A stretch of 64,000 nt of DNA from Chthoniobacteraceae bacterium (GTDB lineage: Bacteria > Verrucomicrobiota > Verrucomicrobiia > Chthoniobacterales > Chthoniobacteraceae): contig JANNXQ010000029.1 in the NCBI GenBank assembly GCA_031409655.1, positions 1-64,000 of the forward strand. The letters run 5' to 3'. The notes under the pieces are model-generated. The model had not been told where the DNA came from. It did not search any database and saw nothing but the letters and a program-made list of their open reading frames with translations. This document shows positions 52,182 to 62,519 of this stretch, piece by piece. The translations under genes were made by a program, and so were the position numbers. Within the stretch, counting starts at the first letter, position 1, and every line of letters begins with the position of its first letter.

Positions 52182-53074
52182 CGATGCGCCTGCTCCTCTT
52201 CCGCTCGCTCTGGACGAATGGCTTCGACCTTGAGGCCGCACTCGCCGATTGCGGCTCCGGTGCCTACGACGGCGTGGAGGGTCCGGTGCGCGCCGGCTTC
52301 GCCGCGAAGCTGCGTGACGCCGGTGTGCCCTTCATCGCCGAGATCACCACGGGTGGCGGCTACGTGCCCGAGACGCGCGACCTCGCACGGCATCTCGATG
52401 ACTTCGCGCGGAACGCCGAAGCCGCGCTCGAAGCACAGCCGCTCTTCCTCACGGTGCTCGCCGGGTGCGACGCGTGGCCACTCGCGCAGAGCGTCGAGTT
52501 CTTTGGCCGTGCGCTGGAGACCGCGGAGGCGCTCGGCGTCACCGCGAGCTTCGAGACGCACCGCAGTCGCGCGACCTTCACGCCGTGGATCACCGCGCAG
52601 CTTCTCGCGCAACTCCCGACGCTGCGCCTGACCTGCGACTTCTCGCACTGGTGCTGCGTCTGCGAGCGGCTCGTTCTCGATGAGGAGCCGGGTCTTCTCG
52701 CGCTCTTCGCGGCTCGGGCGCAGCACCTCCATGCGCGCGTTGGCTACGATCAAGGTCCGCAGGTCCCGCATCCCGCCGCGCCGGAGTATCGCGCCGCGCT
52801 CGCCGCGCACGAACGCTGGTGGGACACGATCTGGCAAGCGCAGGCCGAGGCGGGCCGCAACTTCACCTCGATGACGCCGGAGTTTGGTCCCGATGGCTAC
52901 CTGCACACGCTGCCTTTCAAGAACGAACCCGTCGCCTCGCTCGATGAGCTGAATGCGTGGATGGCCGCGCGCCAGCGGCGACGTTTTTCCGCGCAGTCGA
53001 GCGATCCGTTTTCCACCAAGGGCGACGCGCGCATTCCCCGGACTTGTGTGGCCGCGGGCGACCTAGTTGATTGA
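52178..53074 (+). CDS. Xylose-isomerase-like TIM-barrel protein
   Basis: ETHR, LTCDFSHWCCVCER, HLHARVG, TPEFGPDGY. Confidence 0.82.
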   Translation: MTMRLLLFRSLWTNGFDLEAALADCGSGAYDGVEGPVRAGFAAKLRDAGVPFIAEITTGGGYVPETRDLARHLDDFARNAEAALEAQPLFLTVLAGCDAWPLAQSVEFFGRALETAEALGVTASFETHRSRATFTPWITAQLLAQLPTLRLTCDFSHWCCVCERLVLDEEPGLLALFAARAQHLHARVGYDQGPQVPHPAAPEYRAALAAHERWWDTIWQAQAEAGRNFTSMTPEFGPDGYLHTLPFKNEPVASLDELNAWMAARQRRRFSAQSSDPFSTKGDARIPRTCVAAGDLVD

Positions 53075-53120
53075 CCCAGCCGACTTTTTTCCGACCTCAG
53101 AAACCAACCCAACCCACATC

Positions 53121-53321
53121 ATGAAACCACGCCTCCACCTCGCACTCGCCTCCGTCCTCGGTCTGCTCCCCAGCATCGCGTCGGCCCATCCGGGGCATTT
53201 CCATTTCGATCCGACCGTCACGCCGCACGCAGGGCATGAAGGCGAAATCGCCCTGCTGCTCTTCGGTGCCTTCAGCGTGGCCGGGCTGCTCATTCATCGC
53301 CGACTCGCAGCGCGTCGCTGA
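53121..53321 (+). CDS. Small His-rich membrane-anchored protein (HupE/UreJ-like N-terminus)
   Basis: Signal peptide ASA|HPGH, HAGHE, one TM helix, basic tail; first gene before ureA. Confidence 0.6.
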   Translation: MKPRLHLALASVLGLLPSIASAHPGHFHFDPTVTPHAGHEGEIALLLFGAFSVAGLLIHRRLAARR

Positions 53322-53331
53322 TCTCCCCATC

Positions 53332-53634
53332 GTGCATCTCGCCCCGCGCGAAACGGAGAAGCTGCTCATTGTCGTCGCCGCCGATCTCGCGCGGCGGCGG
53401 CAGGCCCGCGGCGTGAAACTGAACTACCCGGAGTCCGTGGCGATCATCACTTACGAGATCATGGAAGGCGCACGCGATGGGCGCAGCGTCGCGGAACTCA
53501 TGAGCCACGGCACGACGATCCTCAAGCGCGCGGACGTGATGGAAGGCGTGCCGGAGATGATCCATGACGTGCAGGTCGAGGCGACATTTCCCGACGGGAC
53601 GAAGCTCGTCACCGTTCACAATCCCGTCCGATGA
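53332..53634 (+). CDS. ureA: Urease subunit gamma
   Basis: GTG start; [39 protein letters not shown]. Confidence 0.96.
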   Translation: MHLAPRETEKLLIVVAADLARRRQARGVKLNYPESVAIITYEIMEGARDGRSVAELMSHGTTILKRADVMEGVPEMIHDVQVEATFPDGTKLVTVHNPVR

Positions 53635-53939
53635 TCCCCGGCGAAATCATCCCCGCGGACGGACCGGATCTGGAAGCGAATGTCGGCCTCGCGACCCAGC
53701 GCATGGAAGTCGCCAATACCGGCGACCGGCCGATCCAAGTCGGCAGTCATTACCATTTCTACGAGACGAATACCGCGCTGCGTTTTGAGCGCGAGGCGGC
53801 GCGCGGATTCCGACTGAACATCGCAGCAGGCACTGCGGTGCGATTCGAGCCGGGCGACACCCGCGAGGTGGAACTCGTGGCTCTCGGAGGCAAGCGAGAG
53901 GTCTTTGGCTTCAACGCGAAAGTCCAGGGCAAGCTGTGA
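53631..53939 (+). CDS. ureB: Urease subunit beta
   Basis: [31 protein letters not shown]. Confidence 0.97.
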   Translation: MIPGEIIPADGPDLEANVGLATQRMEVANTGDRPIQVGSHYHFYETNTALRFEREAARGFRLNIAAGTAVRFEPGDTREVELVALGGKREVFGFNAKVQGKL

Positions 53940-53964
53940 CGCTGGGCGCAAATCTTCCGCTCTC

Positions 53965-55701
53965 ATGCCGCTGAAACTCTCCCGCCGCCAATATGCCGAG
54001 ATGTTTGGGCCAACCGTGGGGGATCGCGTGCGGCTCGCGGACACCGAGCTTTTCCTCGAAGTCGAGCGCGACCTGATCGCCGAAGCGGGCGCGCGCGGGG
54101 ACGAGGTGAAATTTGGTGGCGGCAAAGTGATCCGCGATGGGATGGGGCAATCGGGCACGGCGCTCGATGCGGAGTCGCTCGATCTCGTCATCACCAATGC
54201 GCTCATCCTCGATGCGGTGCAGGGCGTGATCAAAGCGGACATCGGCGTGAAGCACGGGCGGATTGTGGGCGTCGGGCACGCGGGGAATCCGGGCATTCAG
54301 CGTGGCGTGACGATGACGATCGGCGCGGCGACGGAGGTGATCGCGGGCGAAGGCTGCATCGTCACGGCGGGCGGGATCGATTCGCACATCCACTTCATCT
54401 GCCCGCAGCAGATCGAGCACGCGCTGGCGAGCGGAGTCACCACGATGCTCGGCGGCGGCACCGGGCCGGCGCACGGGACTTACGCGACGACTTGCACGCC
54501 GGGCATCTGGAACATGCACCGCATGCTCGAAGCGGCGGACGAATACCCGATGAACCTCGGCTTCCTCGGCAAAGGGAACTGCGCGACGCCGGAGCCGCTG
54601 CGCGAGCAGGTCCTCGCGGGGGCGATCGGACTGAAGCTGCACGAGGACTGGGGCACCACGCCCGCGGCGATTGATTGCTGCCTCGGCGTGGCGGATGAAC
54701 TCGACGTGCAGGTGGCCATCCATACCGACACGCTGAATGAGAGCGGCTTTGTCGAGGATACGATCGCGGCGTTCAAGGGCCGGACCATTCACACCTTTCA
54801 CAGCGAAGGCGCGGGTGGGGGACACGCGCCGGACATCATCCGCGTGTGCGGCGAGGCGAATGTGCTGCCGTCCTCTACGAACCCGACGCGGCCCTTCACG
54901 GTGAACACGATCGACGAGCATCTCGACATGCTCATGGTGTGTCATCATCTCGACTCGAAGATTCCCGAGGACGTGGCTTTCGCCGAGTCGCGCATCCGGC
55001 CCGAGACGATCGCGGCGGAGGATTTGCTGCACGATCTTGGCGCGTTTTCGATGATGTCGAGCGACTCGCAGGCGATGGGCCGGGTGGGGGAGGTGATCAC
55101 GCGGACCTGGCAGACGGCGCATAAGATGAAGGTGCAATTTGGTGTGCTGCCGGAGGAACATCGAAAATCGAATGGGCACGCTACCGCCGATAACTTCCGC
55201 GCCCTGCGCTATATCGCGAAGTACACCATCAATCCCGCGATCGCGCACGGGATCGCACATGAAGTCGGCTCGATCGAAGTGGGCAAGCTCGCGGATCTCG
55301 TGATCTGGAAGCCGGCATTTTTCGGCGTGAAGCCGGAGGTCATCCTGAAAGGCGGGCTCATCGCGATGGCGAACATGGGTGATCCGAATGCGAGCATCCC
55401 CACACCGCAGCCGACCTTCTACCGCCCGCAATTTGCCGCGCATGGACGCGCGAAGTTTTCCACCAGTGTCACCTTCGTCAGCGACGCGGCGCTCCGCTCG
55501 GGCAAGCTGCCGGCACTCGGCAAGCGACTCTGCGCGGTGAAGAATACGCGCAACATTTCCAAGCGTGACCTGCTCTGGAATGACGCGCTGCCAAAGATCG
55601 AAGTCGATCCCGAGACTTATACGGTGAAGGCGGACGGGCGCGAACTGCGTTGCGAGCCGGCGACGGTGCTGCCGATGGCGCAGCGGTACTTTTTGTTCTG
55701 A
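53965..55701 (+). CDS. ureC: Urease subunit alpha
   Basis: [50 protein letters not shown]. Confidence 0.98.
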   Translation: MPLKLSRRQYAEMFGPTVGDRVRLADTELFLEVERDLIAEAGARGDEVKFGGGKVIRDGMGQSGTALDAESLDLVITNALILDAVQGVIKADIGVKHGRIVGVGHAGNPGIQRGVTMTIGAATEVIAGEGCIVTAGGIDSHIHFICPQQIEHALASGVTTMLGGGTGPAHGTYATTCTPGIWNMHRMLEAADEYPMNLGFLGKGNCATPEPLREQVLAGAIGLKLHEDWGTTPAAIDCCLGVADELDVQVAIHTDTLNESGFVEDTIAAFKGRTIHTFHSEGAGGGHAPDIIRVCGEANVLPSSTNPTRPFTVNTIDEHLDMLMVCHHLDSKIPEDVAFAESRIRPETIAAEDLLHDLGAFSMMSSDSQAMGRVGEVITRTWQTAHKMKVQFGVLPEEHRKSNGHATADNFRALRYIAKYTINPAIAHGIAHEVGSIEVGKLADLVIWKPAFFGVKPEVILKGGLIAMANMGDPNASIPTPQPTFYRPQFAAHGRAKFSTSVTFVSDAALRSGKLPALGKRLCAVKNTRNISKRDLLWNDALPKIEVDPETYTVKADGRELRCEPATVLPMAQRYFLF

Positions 55702-56126
55702 TGCAGCTGATTCGCGCGCCGCTGGCGGAGGCTGCGGGCAGTCGGCCGATCGTGCGCATCCCGGTCGAACGCTTGGTGCTCGCGAAACGCCGCTGGCGCG
55801 GGGTGGCCGAGGATGGGCGCGAGTTTGGCTTCGATCTCGAGCATCCGCTGCACGACGGCGACGCGGTCTTCGCGACGGACGCGGCGCTCTACGTCATCAC
55901 GCAGAGGTATGAGCCCGTGCTGGAGGTTGGCTTCACGGCGGACGCACCGGCGGCGGCGAAACTCGGGTGGATCATCGGGAATCTGCACTTCCCGCTGGAG
56001 ATCGGCGCAGACGTGGTCCGCGTGGAGGACGACTCCGCGCTGCGGCAGCTCTTCGAGCGGGAGCGGATTCCCTTTGTTGCCTGCAAGCGCGTCTTTCATC
56101 CGCTGAGCGGCGGGCACCGGCACTGA
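55701..56126 (+). CDS. ureE: Urease accessory protein
   Basis: KRRWR, L.DGD, GW.IGNLH.P, short C-terminal HRH. Confidence 0.85.
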   Translation: MQLIRAPLAEAAGSRPIVRIPVERLVLAKRRWRGVAEDGREFGFDLEHPLHDGDAVFATDAALYVITQRYEPVLEVGFTADAPAAAKLGWIIGNLHFPLEIGADVVRVEDDSALRQLFERERIPFVACKRVFHPLSGGHRH

Positions 56127-56127
56127 C

Positions 56128-56847
56128 GTGATTGTCCGAAATCCCCAAGCCGAAATCAGCGACCTCGCGTGGCTGCCCTTTCTCCTGCAGACCAGCGACG
56201 CGCTCTTCCCCACCGGCGCCTACGCGCACTCGCTCGGGTTTGAGGAAAGTGTGCGGCTCGGTGTCGTGCGCGACGAGGCTTCGCTGCGCGACTTTCTCCT
56301 GGATCAAATCGTGCCCGCGCAACGGGAGCAGGAGTTGCCCTATCTGCGCTTCGCCTACCGCGCCGCGCAGGACGGAGACCTCGCGGAGTTGCGCCGCCTC
56401 GACCTCGCGATCAGCGCCTGGAAACTGGCACCCGAAACCCGCGACGCCAGCGCCCAGCTCGGCGGCCGACGGCTGAAAGCCCTGCGCGCCATCTCGGACG
56501 CACCGTCGCTGGCGGCGTTTGATCGGCTCATCGAAATGCGCGCCTGCCGCGGCCATCATCTCATCGTCTGCGGCTTGCAGGCGCGGGTCGCAGCCGTCCC
56601 CCTCGCCGGAGCCTTGCTCACTTACTTTTACCAATCCCTCGCCGCCCTCTGCGCCGCCGCGTTGAAGCTCATCCGCATCGGCCAGGACGGGATCCAGCGC
56701 GTGCTCCGTGCAGCGGCCACCAGCGCCGGGCAAACCATCGCCGCCTCGCTCGGCGTCTCGCGCTTGGAAGCCGGGTGGTTCAATCCACTGCTGGAAATCT
56801 CCAGCCTCCGCCACGAGCGCGCCGAGGAACGGCTCTTCATTTCGTGA
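56128..56847 (+). CDS. ureF: Urease accessory protein
   Basis: D.LFPTGAYAHSLG.E, RIGQ, HE....RLFIS. Confidence 0.92.
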   Translation: MIVRNPQAEISDLAWLPFLLQTSDALFPTGAYAHSLGFEESVRLGVVRDEASLRDFLLDQIVPAQREQELPYLRFAYRAAQDGDLAELRRLDLAISAWKLAPETRDASAQLGGRRLKALRAISDAPSLAAFDRLIEMRACRGHHLIVCGLQARVAAVPLAGALLTYFYQSLAALCAAALKLIRIGQDGIQRVLRAAATSAGQTIAASLGVSRLEAGWFNPLLEISSLRHERAEERLFIS

Positions 56848-56893
56848 GGGCCGCCGACTTGCCATCCTGCGCGGTATTCACGAAACTGCTCGC

Positions 56894-57114
56894 ATGACAC
56901 GCGACACGATCATCACGGCAGTTCGGGAAGGGCTACCTTCCTCATCTCGATGGCCGATGGCCGCCAGCACACGGTTCGCGATGAGTTCGGGCTCGCGTTG
57001 GGAAATACGAACGTCGTGGTGGTTGACGAGCACTGGCAAGCCCACGTACTGCCGCTGCTGACGGTGACGGGCTTAAGTTACCTTCGCAAAGAGAATGGCT
57101 CAACAGCATCCTAG
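56894..57114 (+). pseudogene. Small hypothetical gene with a 1-nt frameshift
   Basis: MTRDTIITAVREGLP / FLISMADGRQHTVRDEFGLALG...[14 protein letters not shown] reads continuously if one base is restored near 56937. Confidence 0.5.
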
Positions 57115-57730
57115 AAAGCCCATCCGCATCGGCATCGGCGGCCCGGTCGGCTCCGGTAAGACGATGCTCGTCCTCCGCCTCTGCCAGTGGCTGCGCGACG
57201 AGTTTTCCATCGCCGTCGTCACTAATGACATTTACACCCGTGAAGACGCGGAGTTTCTCGTGCGCCAGGAAGCCCTGTTGGCGGACCGGGTCATCGGCGT
57301 CGAGACCGGCGGCTGTCCGCACACCGCGATCCGCGACGATACCTCCATGAATCTCGCCGCCATCGCGGAACTCGAGCGCCGCCATCCGGACGCGCAATTG
57401 ATCCTCGTCGAAAGCGGCGGCGATAACTTATCGGCCACCTTCTCGCCGGAGTTAGTCGATGCCTTCATCTACGTGATCGACGTGGCTGAGGGGGATAAGA
57501 TCCCGCGCAAAGGCGGCCCCGCGATCCGGCACAGCGACCTGCTGCTCATCAATAAGCTCGAGCTCGCACCTTACGTGGGTGCGGACCTCGGGGTGATGGC
57601 GCGCGACTCGAAGCTGATGCGAGGCGAGCGCCCGTTTATCTTCGCCGATCTCCGCTCGGGCAAAGGGAAGGATGAGCTCTTAGCCTGGCTGCGTCGGGAA
57701 GTGCTCTTCGGAATGACCGAGGGCGAATAA
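57095..57730 (+). CDS. ureG: Urease accessory GTPase
   Basis: [37 protein letters not shown]. Confidence 0.97.
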   Translation: MAQQHPRKPIRIGIGGPVGSGKTMLVLRLCQWLRDEFSIAVVTNDIYTREDAEFLVRQEALLADRVIGVETGGCPHTAIRDDTSMNLAAIAELERRHPDAQLILVESGGDNLSATFSPELVDAFIYVIDVAEGDKIPRKGGPAIRHSDLLLINKLELAPYVGADLGVMARDSKLMRGERPFIFADLRSGKGKDELLAWLRREVLFGMTEGE

Positions 57731-57806
57731 CCAATGCCCAATGACGGAGGCTCCCCCGTGTGGGCTCGGGCTTGTCGTTTGTTCGTCCGAAGTAGTCATT
57801 CCTCGC

Positions 57807-58625
57807 ATGTCGCTTTCCGGCCATCTCGACATCACCTGCGCGCTCGATACGCGCGGGCTGAGTCATCTGCGCGCACAGTCCTTCTCCGCGCCCATCCACC
57901 TGAGCAAGCCACACCTCGACGCCGGCGTGCTCGTGGTGAATGTCGTGAACCCTACCGCGGGCCTGCTCTCCGGCGACCGCATCGCCTGCCGCGTCTCGGT
58001 GGAAAGTGGCGCCGCCCTTTCGCTCACGACCCCCAGCGCGACGCGCGCCCACCGGATGCGGGACGGGCTCGCCGAGGTGACGCAAGATCTGCGCGTCGCC
58101 ACGGGCGGCTGGCTGGAGTGCTGGCCGGAGCCCTTCATCCCGCAAGGCGGCACGCGTTATCGGCAGCGGACGCGGATTCACGTCGAGGAAGGGGGCGGCT
58201 TGCTCTTTTGCGAAAGTCTGGCGCCGGGACGCGTCGCGTCGGGCGAGTCCTTTGAGTTCACCGAACTCGCCTGGGAGACGGACCTCTTCCTCGGCGAAGC
58301 GCACATCGTTCACGAGCGCTACCGGCTGCGGCCCGACGATGAAGCCGTGCGCGCCTTGCGCCGCAGTTTCGCCCACGCCTACTATGCGAGCTGCTTCGTC
58401 GTCTCCCCCATCCTCACCCGCGACCTGCCGTGCTGGCAGCGCCTCCACGGATTGCACACGGCGGAATCGTGGATCGGCTGCGGTGCGCTAGCCCACGGTG
58501 GCTGGGTGGTGAAGATCGTCGCGGATGGCAGCATCGCCCTGCGCCGCACGCTTGCCGCGGTGCGCACTGAGCTGCACGCCGCCCTCGATCGTCGCGAGCC
58601 GGCCCTCCGCCGCGCAGGCTGGTAG
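57807..58625 (+). CDS. ureD: Urease accessory protein
   Basis: NPTAGLLSGD, LTTPSATR, P.PFIP, GRVASGE.F; alternative start at 57741. Confidence 0.9.
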   Translation: MSLSGHLDITCALDTRGLSHLRAQSFSAPIHLSKPHLDAGVLVVNVVNPTAGLLSGDRIACRVSVESGAALSLTTPSATRAHRMRDGLAEVTQDLRVATGGWLECWPEPFIPQGGTRYRQRTRIHVEEGGGLLFCESLAPGRVASGESFEFTELAWETDLFLGEAHIVHERYRLRPDDEAVRALRRSFAHAYYASCFVVSPILTRDLPCWQRLHGLHTAESWIGCGALAHGGWVVKIVADGSIALRRTLAAVRTELHAALDRREPALRRAGW

Positions 58626-58636
58626 GGATCACGCAA

Positions 58637-58666
58637 AGAGGGACAGGGCGTGAACCCTGTCCCTCT
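58637..58666. terminator. Hairpin between convergent genes
   Basis: agagggacaggg-cgtgaa-ccctgtccctct perfect 12-bp stem. Confidence 0.65.
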
Positions 58667-58691
58667 CGCGGAATCAGATCGGCGTTGCGCT

Positions 58692-60254
58692 TTAGGAATT
58701 CTTGCGCTGCTCGTCGATATGCACGGGCTTGTAACCGCCGATGGATTTGAAATAGAGCATCATCAGCAGGTAAACGACGGCCATGACCAGCGGGATATAG
58801 GAGTCGGCCTTCAGCGTCTGGCGATCGCCAGTCTGATCCGCGGCCACGATCATCTTCTGATCTTCGGTCCGCGCGTCCTTCGCATCTTTCGCCTCGGCCA
58901 GCTTCTTCCCGTCGATCGGGTTTACCTGCATGCCGAGAAACTTCGAGGGCGTCTCCGCCTTCACCTGCTCGTAGAGTGCCGGGTTCTTCGACTTCAGCTC
59001 CTCGGCGGAGAACTTATCCTTCCCAAAGCCCAGTCCTGGACCACCGAGCAGACCGGCGGATAACATGCCGATGCCACCCATGATCGAGATGGCCACCGCG
59101 CCAGTGCGCGGGAAACGATCCGAAGCCACCGCGAGCATCGTCGGCCAGAAGAAAGTCTTACCCACGGCGTAAATGCCGAGCGCGACGAGCGCCATGGTAA
59201 AGGTCTCCATGCCGCTGGCCAGACGCAGGCCGATCACCGCCAGCACGGAGCAGACAAAGAGCAGGCCGACGGGCGAGAGCTTGAGCGTCTTCTCGATCCA
59301 GTGCGCGCAGAAGCGCAGGGCAAACATGATCGCCGAAGTCCAGAGGAAGAGCGCCTTGCCCTGCTCGGAAGTGAAAAGGTTGCCCGTGATATTCTGAATC
59401 CAGCCATCCGTCCCGAGTTCCACCGCCCCGACGTGCGCGTGGACGACAAAGAGGGCAAAGAGCAGAAAGGAGCCCATCGAGAAACCCGTGATCACTCCGA
59501 CCGCGATCAGGAGCGCCCCCGCGATCCCATAGGATAGGGCCGGCGAGAGACCGAGATTCGTCGAGCAGAAGAGCGAGACGAGATAGCAGATGACCAGACC
59601 ACCGAGGATGCCCACGTCCTTAAACATTTCACCGAGACTCGCCCCTTTCTCAGACGCTTCGGATTTCGGGAAGCTCTGACCGAGGAACATCAGGCCGTAG
59701 AGCGCCGTCGGGATAAGATAGAGCGCGAGCTGCCACTTCCAAGGCCACTGCAGCTTATCATCGAGGAACCAACCTGCGACCACCCCGAGGATCATGCCGA
59801 GCGGCCAGCTCGCGTGCAGGATATTGAGGAAGTGGGTGCGGTTATTCGGGTAAAGAGTCGCGACCAGCGGATTGGCCACGGCTTCGAGGGTGCCATTGGC
59901 AAAGGCGAAGATGAACATGCCCCAGGTCAGCATCTGGTAGGCATTCTCGGGTGTGTTCGCCCCGAAGGTGACGAACGCGGAGACCATGTGGCAGAGGAAG
60001 GCGAGCACGACCAGCTTGCCGTAGCCGATCTTATCCGCGATCACGCCGCCGATGATGATGCCGAAGCAGAACCCGGTGAAGCCGGCGCCGCCGATGGCTC
60101 CGAGCTGCGTGGCGCTGAAGCCGAATTCTTTGCCCCAGTTATCGAAAATGCCCCCGCGCAGGGCAAAGCCGACACCGGCTGCGAGGATGGCCATGAATCC
60201 GGCCCAGAGGAGCCGACTGGCGTTGGGTGCTATACCTTCTGATTTTGCTGACAT
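58692..60254 (-). CDS. MFS transporter
   Basis: 520 aa, [33 protein letters not shown]. Confidence 0.9.
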   Translation of the reverse strand: MSAKSEGIAPNASRLLWAGFMAILAAGVGFALRGGIFDNWGKEFGFSATQLGAIGGAGFTGFCFGIIIGGVIADKIGYGKLVVLAFLCHMVSAFVTFGANTPENAYQMLTWGMFIFAFANGTLEAVANPLVATLYPNNRTHFLNILHASWPLGMILGVVAGWFLDDKLQWPWKWQLALYLIPTALYGLMFLGQSFPKSEASEKGASLGEMFKDVGILGGLVICYLVSLFCSTNLGLSPALSYGIAGALLIAVGVITGFSMGSFLLFALFVVHAHVGAVELGTDGWIQNITGNLFTSEQGKALFLWTSAIMFALRFCAHWIEKTLKLSPVGLLFVCSVLAVIGLRLASGMETFTMALVALGIYAVGKTFFWPTMLAVASDRFPRTGAVAISIMGGIGMLSAGLLGGPGLGFGKDKFSAEELKSKNPALYEQVKAETPSKFLGMQVNPIDGKKLAEAKDAKDARTEDQKMIVAADQTGDRQTLKADSYIPLVMAVVYLLMMLYFKSIGGYKPVHIDEQRKNS

Positions 60255-60311
60255 GGGTGTTTGGGTGGGTTGGGTTTTGGGTTGGTTGTTGTTGGGAGGT
60301 GGTGAGGAGGG

Positions 60312-60602
60312 TCAATAAACGACTTCGTGCGGCCCGACGTTCACGAGCGCGATCCGATCGGGAATCGAGCCCGCACCGGAGTGCAGACCAAAGACGATGC
60401 GGCAATCGTGTCCGCAGGAACAAGCTTGGAATCCCGCAAGGTTGCCACTGAGCGCATGCGTCTTCAGGCGGGGGTCAAAAAGATAGGCACCCATTCGGCG
60501 GAGAGTTTCGGCGAGACATTACTGGCGATGAGAGCCCTTTCCCACGTAACGCTTCAAGGCTCGCTCGAAACGCGGCGTGGATTCAAAGACCCGCTTACTC
60601 AA
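60312..60602 (-). pseudogene. RelE/YafQ-like toxin with an internal stop
   Basis: TTG start: MSKRVFESTPRFERALKRYVGKGSHRQ*CLAETLRRMGAYLFDPRLKTHALSGNL...DCRIVF...VGPHEVVY; TAA at 60519-60521. Confidence 0.78.
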
Positions 60603-60828
60603 TGGGCCTCTCCCATTGCCCACGGAGGCGTTCCACCAGCTCCACCGCGGAATAGCCCTTCAGTTTGCCGGCGCGCGAGTCGGCCAGCGCTTTCTTGCCA
60701 TGGGTGGCGGTCTCCTTTCGCCAGGCCTCGATCCGCCGCGACCGCGCGATCTCCAGCATGATCTCCTGATCTTCCACGGAGAGTTTGCCGAAGACCTGCA
60801 GCGCTTGATCGAGAGTCGCGGTAGCCAT
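60595..60828 (-). CDS. Putative antitoxin
   Basis: 77 aa, overlaps the toxin start; helical LS.EDQE...EI..SR pattern. Confidence 0.7.
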   Translation of the reverse strand: MATATLDQALQVFGKLSVEDQEIMLEIARSRRIEAWRKETATHGKKALADSRAGKLKGYSAVELVERLRGQWERPIE

Positions 60829-60842
60829 ACTGGGAAAATGCC

Positions 60843-61967
60843 TCAGCGGGTAAAGGCCGGCAACTTCACGATCTTCCCCCCCGCCAGCGCCGACTCATGC
60901 GCACACAGCCCCACGCACGTCCAGTTGGCCGACTGCTTGGCATTCGGAAAAGGATCCCGATCCCCAACCAGCGCGCTCACAAATTCATGCACCAAGTGTG
61001 GGTGCGATCCCCCATGCCCCCCACCTTGGGTAAAGCTCAGATGCGCCTTCTTCCCCTTCCCATACACCCCCCCCGTCGTGAAAGCCCGGATCGCCCTCGG
61101 CAGCCGCCGCGCATAGTCCGGCGTCTTGACCCGCCGCGCGATCTTCGCCTCCGGCAGCTTCGCCCGATGCAGCACCAGCGGCTCACCCTCCACCAGCGGC
61201 CACTCCACCGAGGCCTCACTCCCATACACATCGATACTCTCCCGATACTGCCGCGCCGTATCAAAGAGACTCCGGATCACCCGCCCCGCCACCTCACTGC
61301 CCGCAAATTTCACCTGCGCCGTCTCCACCGCAAAAGGCGACCCATACTGCGCCTCCAGCTCCGGCCGCACCCGCCCACTGCCAAAGCAGCTCACATACTC
61401 CGCCGGCCGCCCGATCATCCCCGCCACCGGCCCCACGCAATGCGTCGCATACCACATCGGCGGCAGCCCCGGCCAATAGTGCGGCCACCCATCCATATCC
61501 TGCTGATGACTCGCCTGCACAAATTGCAGCCTCCCCAGCTTCCCCGTCTCCAGCAGCTCCTTCATAAAGAGATACTCCCGCGCATAAACCACCGTCTCCG
61601 CCATCATATACCGCAGCCCCGTCTTCCTCACCAGCTCCACGATCTCCCGGCACTCACCCACCGACGTCGCCATCGGCACCGTACACGCCACATGCTTCCC
61701 CGCCTTCAGCGCCGCGATCGTCTGCCACCCATGATCCGGGATCGGCGAATTCAGATGCACCGCGTCCACCCGCGGATCCTTCAGCACCTCCTCATACTTC
61801 GTATAGCGCCGCTCGATCCCAAAGAAATTCCCCACCGCATCCAGCTTCTTCCGCGTCCGCTGGCAGATCGCATACATCTCCGCCTGCGGATGCCGCTGGT
61901 AGATCGGGATAAACTCCGCCCCGAAGCCGAGGCCGACGATGGCGATATTGACTTTGCCTTTAGGCAT
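60843..61967 (-). CDS. Gfo/Idh/MocA-family oxidoreductase
   Basis: IAIVGLGFG, VLKDPRVDAV, ALKAGKHV, GHGGSH; start at ATG 61967. Confidence 0.9.
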   Translation of the reverse strand: MPKGKVNIAIVGLGFGAEFIPIYQRHPQAEMYAICQRTRKKLDAVGNFFGIERRYTKYEEVLKDPRVDAVHLNSPIPDHGWQTIAALKAGKHVACTVPMATSVGECREIVELVRKTGLRYMMAETVVYAREYLFMKELLETGKLGRLQFVQASHQQDMDGWPHYWPGLPPMWYATHCVGPVAGMIGRPAEYVSCFGSGRVRPELEAQYGSPFAVETAQVKFAGSEVAGRVIRSLFDTARQYRESIDVYGSEASVEWPLVEGEPLVLHRAKLPEAKIARRVKTPDYARRLPRAIRAFTTGGVYGKGKKAHLSFTQGGGHGGSHPHLVHEFVSALVGDRDPFPNAKQSANWTCVGLCAHESALAGGKIVKLPAFTR

Positions 61968-62120
61968 GAATGAGAAGCGATGAAAAGGAGTGCGCACCCG
62001 CTGGGTATCGAGCGCCGGGCATGTCAGCGGGCCAGCCCCGGCCCTGTCAACGCCCGATTTCGCCCCCGGCAGTCTGCGGGTGATCGAAAGTGCGGCAAAC
62101 GTCCCGCGGCGGCTCCGCAA

Positions 62121-62211
62121 CTCGTCCTCGTCCTCAATGGAAGCGCAAATTTTCGAGGACGCGGACGAGGACGAGGACGAGAACGAGGACGAGAACGAGG
62201 ACGAGAACGAG
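62121..62211. repeat. GACGAG/AACGAG hexamer array with a short inverted arm
   Basis: ctcgtcctcgtcctc ... gaggacgcggacgaggacgaggacgagaacgaggacgagaacgaggacgagaacgag. Confidence 0.85.
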
Positions 62212-62257
62212 TAACCGAGCTTGCACCCCATTTAATCCTAACCGCCCGTGGAAGCAC

Positions 62258-62386
62258 CCGGCCTCGGTGGATGGCGCGCTCCGCCGCGCCATGCCAAACG
62301 CTCGCCGCAGGCCCATCTCCCCAAGCCTGGCCCTGCCCGCGCACGTTCACATGGCGCGGCGGAGCGCACCATCCACCGAGGACCGG
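62258..62386. repeat. Long inverted repeat
   Basis: cctcggtggatggcgcgctccgccgcgccatg pairs with catggcgcggcggagcgcaccatccaccgagg. Confidence 0.8.
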
Positions 62387-62446
62387 GAGGCATTTCGACA
62401 GCCTGCTAAATCCGGATTTGGGGTCGCGAGGAGGCGGGGTCGGTCT

Positions 62447-62485
62447 GTGCATACGTGCAAATCTAGGATTTCTGCACGTATGCAC
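62447..62485. repeat. Palindrome
   Basis: gtgcatacgtgca-aatctaggatttc-tgcacgtatgcac. Confidence 0.75.
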
Positions 62486-62519
62486 GGACTGACCCCTGCC
62501 GCTCCCCTGCCGCCTCTCT

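Noticed and set aside
62121..62211. CRISPR array or coding poly-Ser/EDEDEN tract
   Set aside because: Simple hexamer repeat without spacers; the long N-terminal extension of ORF 60843-62231 is read-through across it
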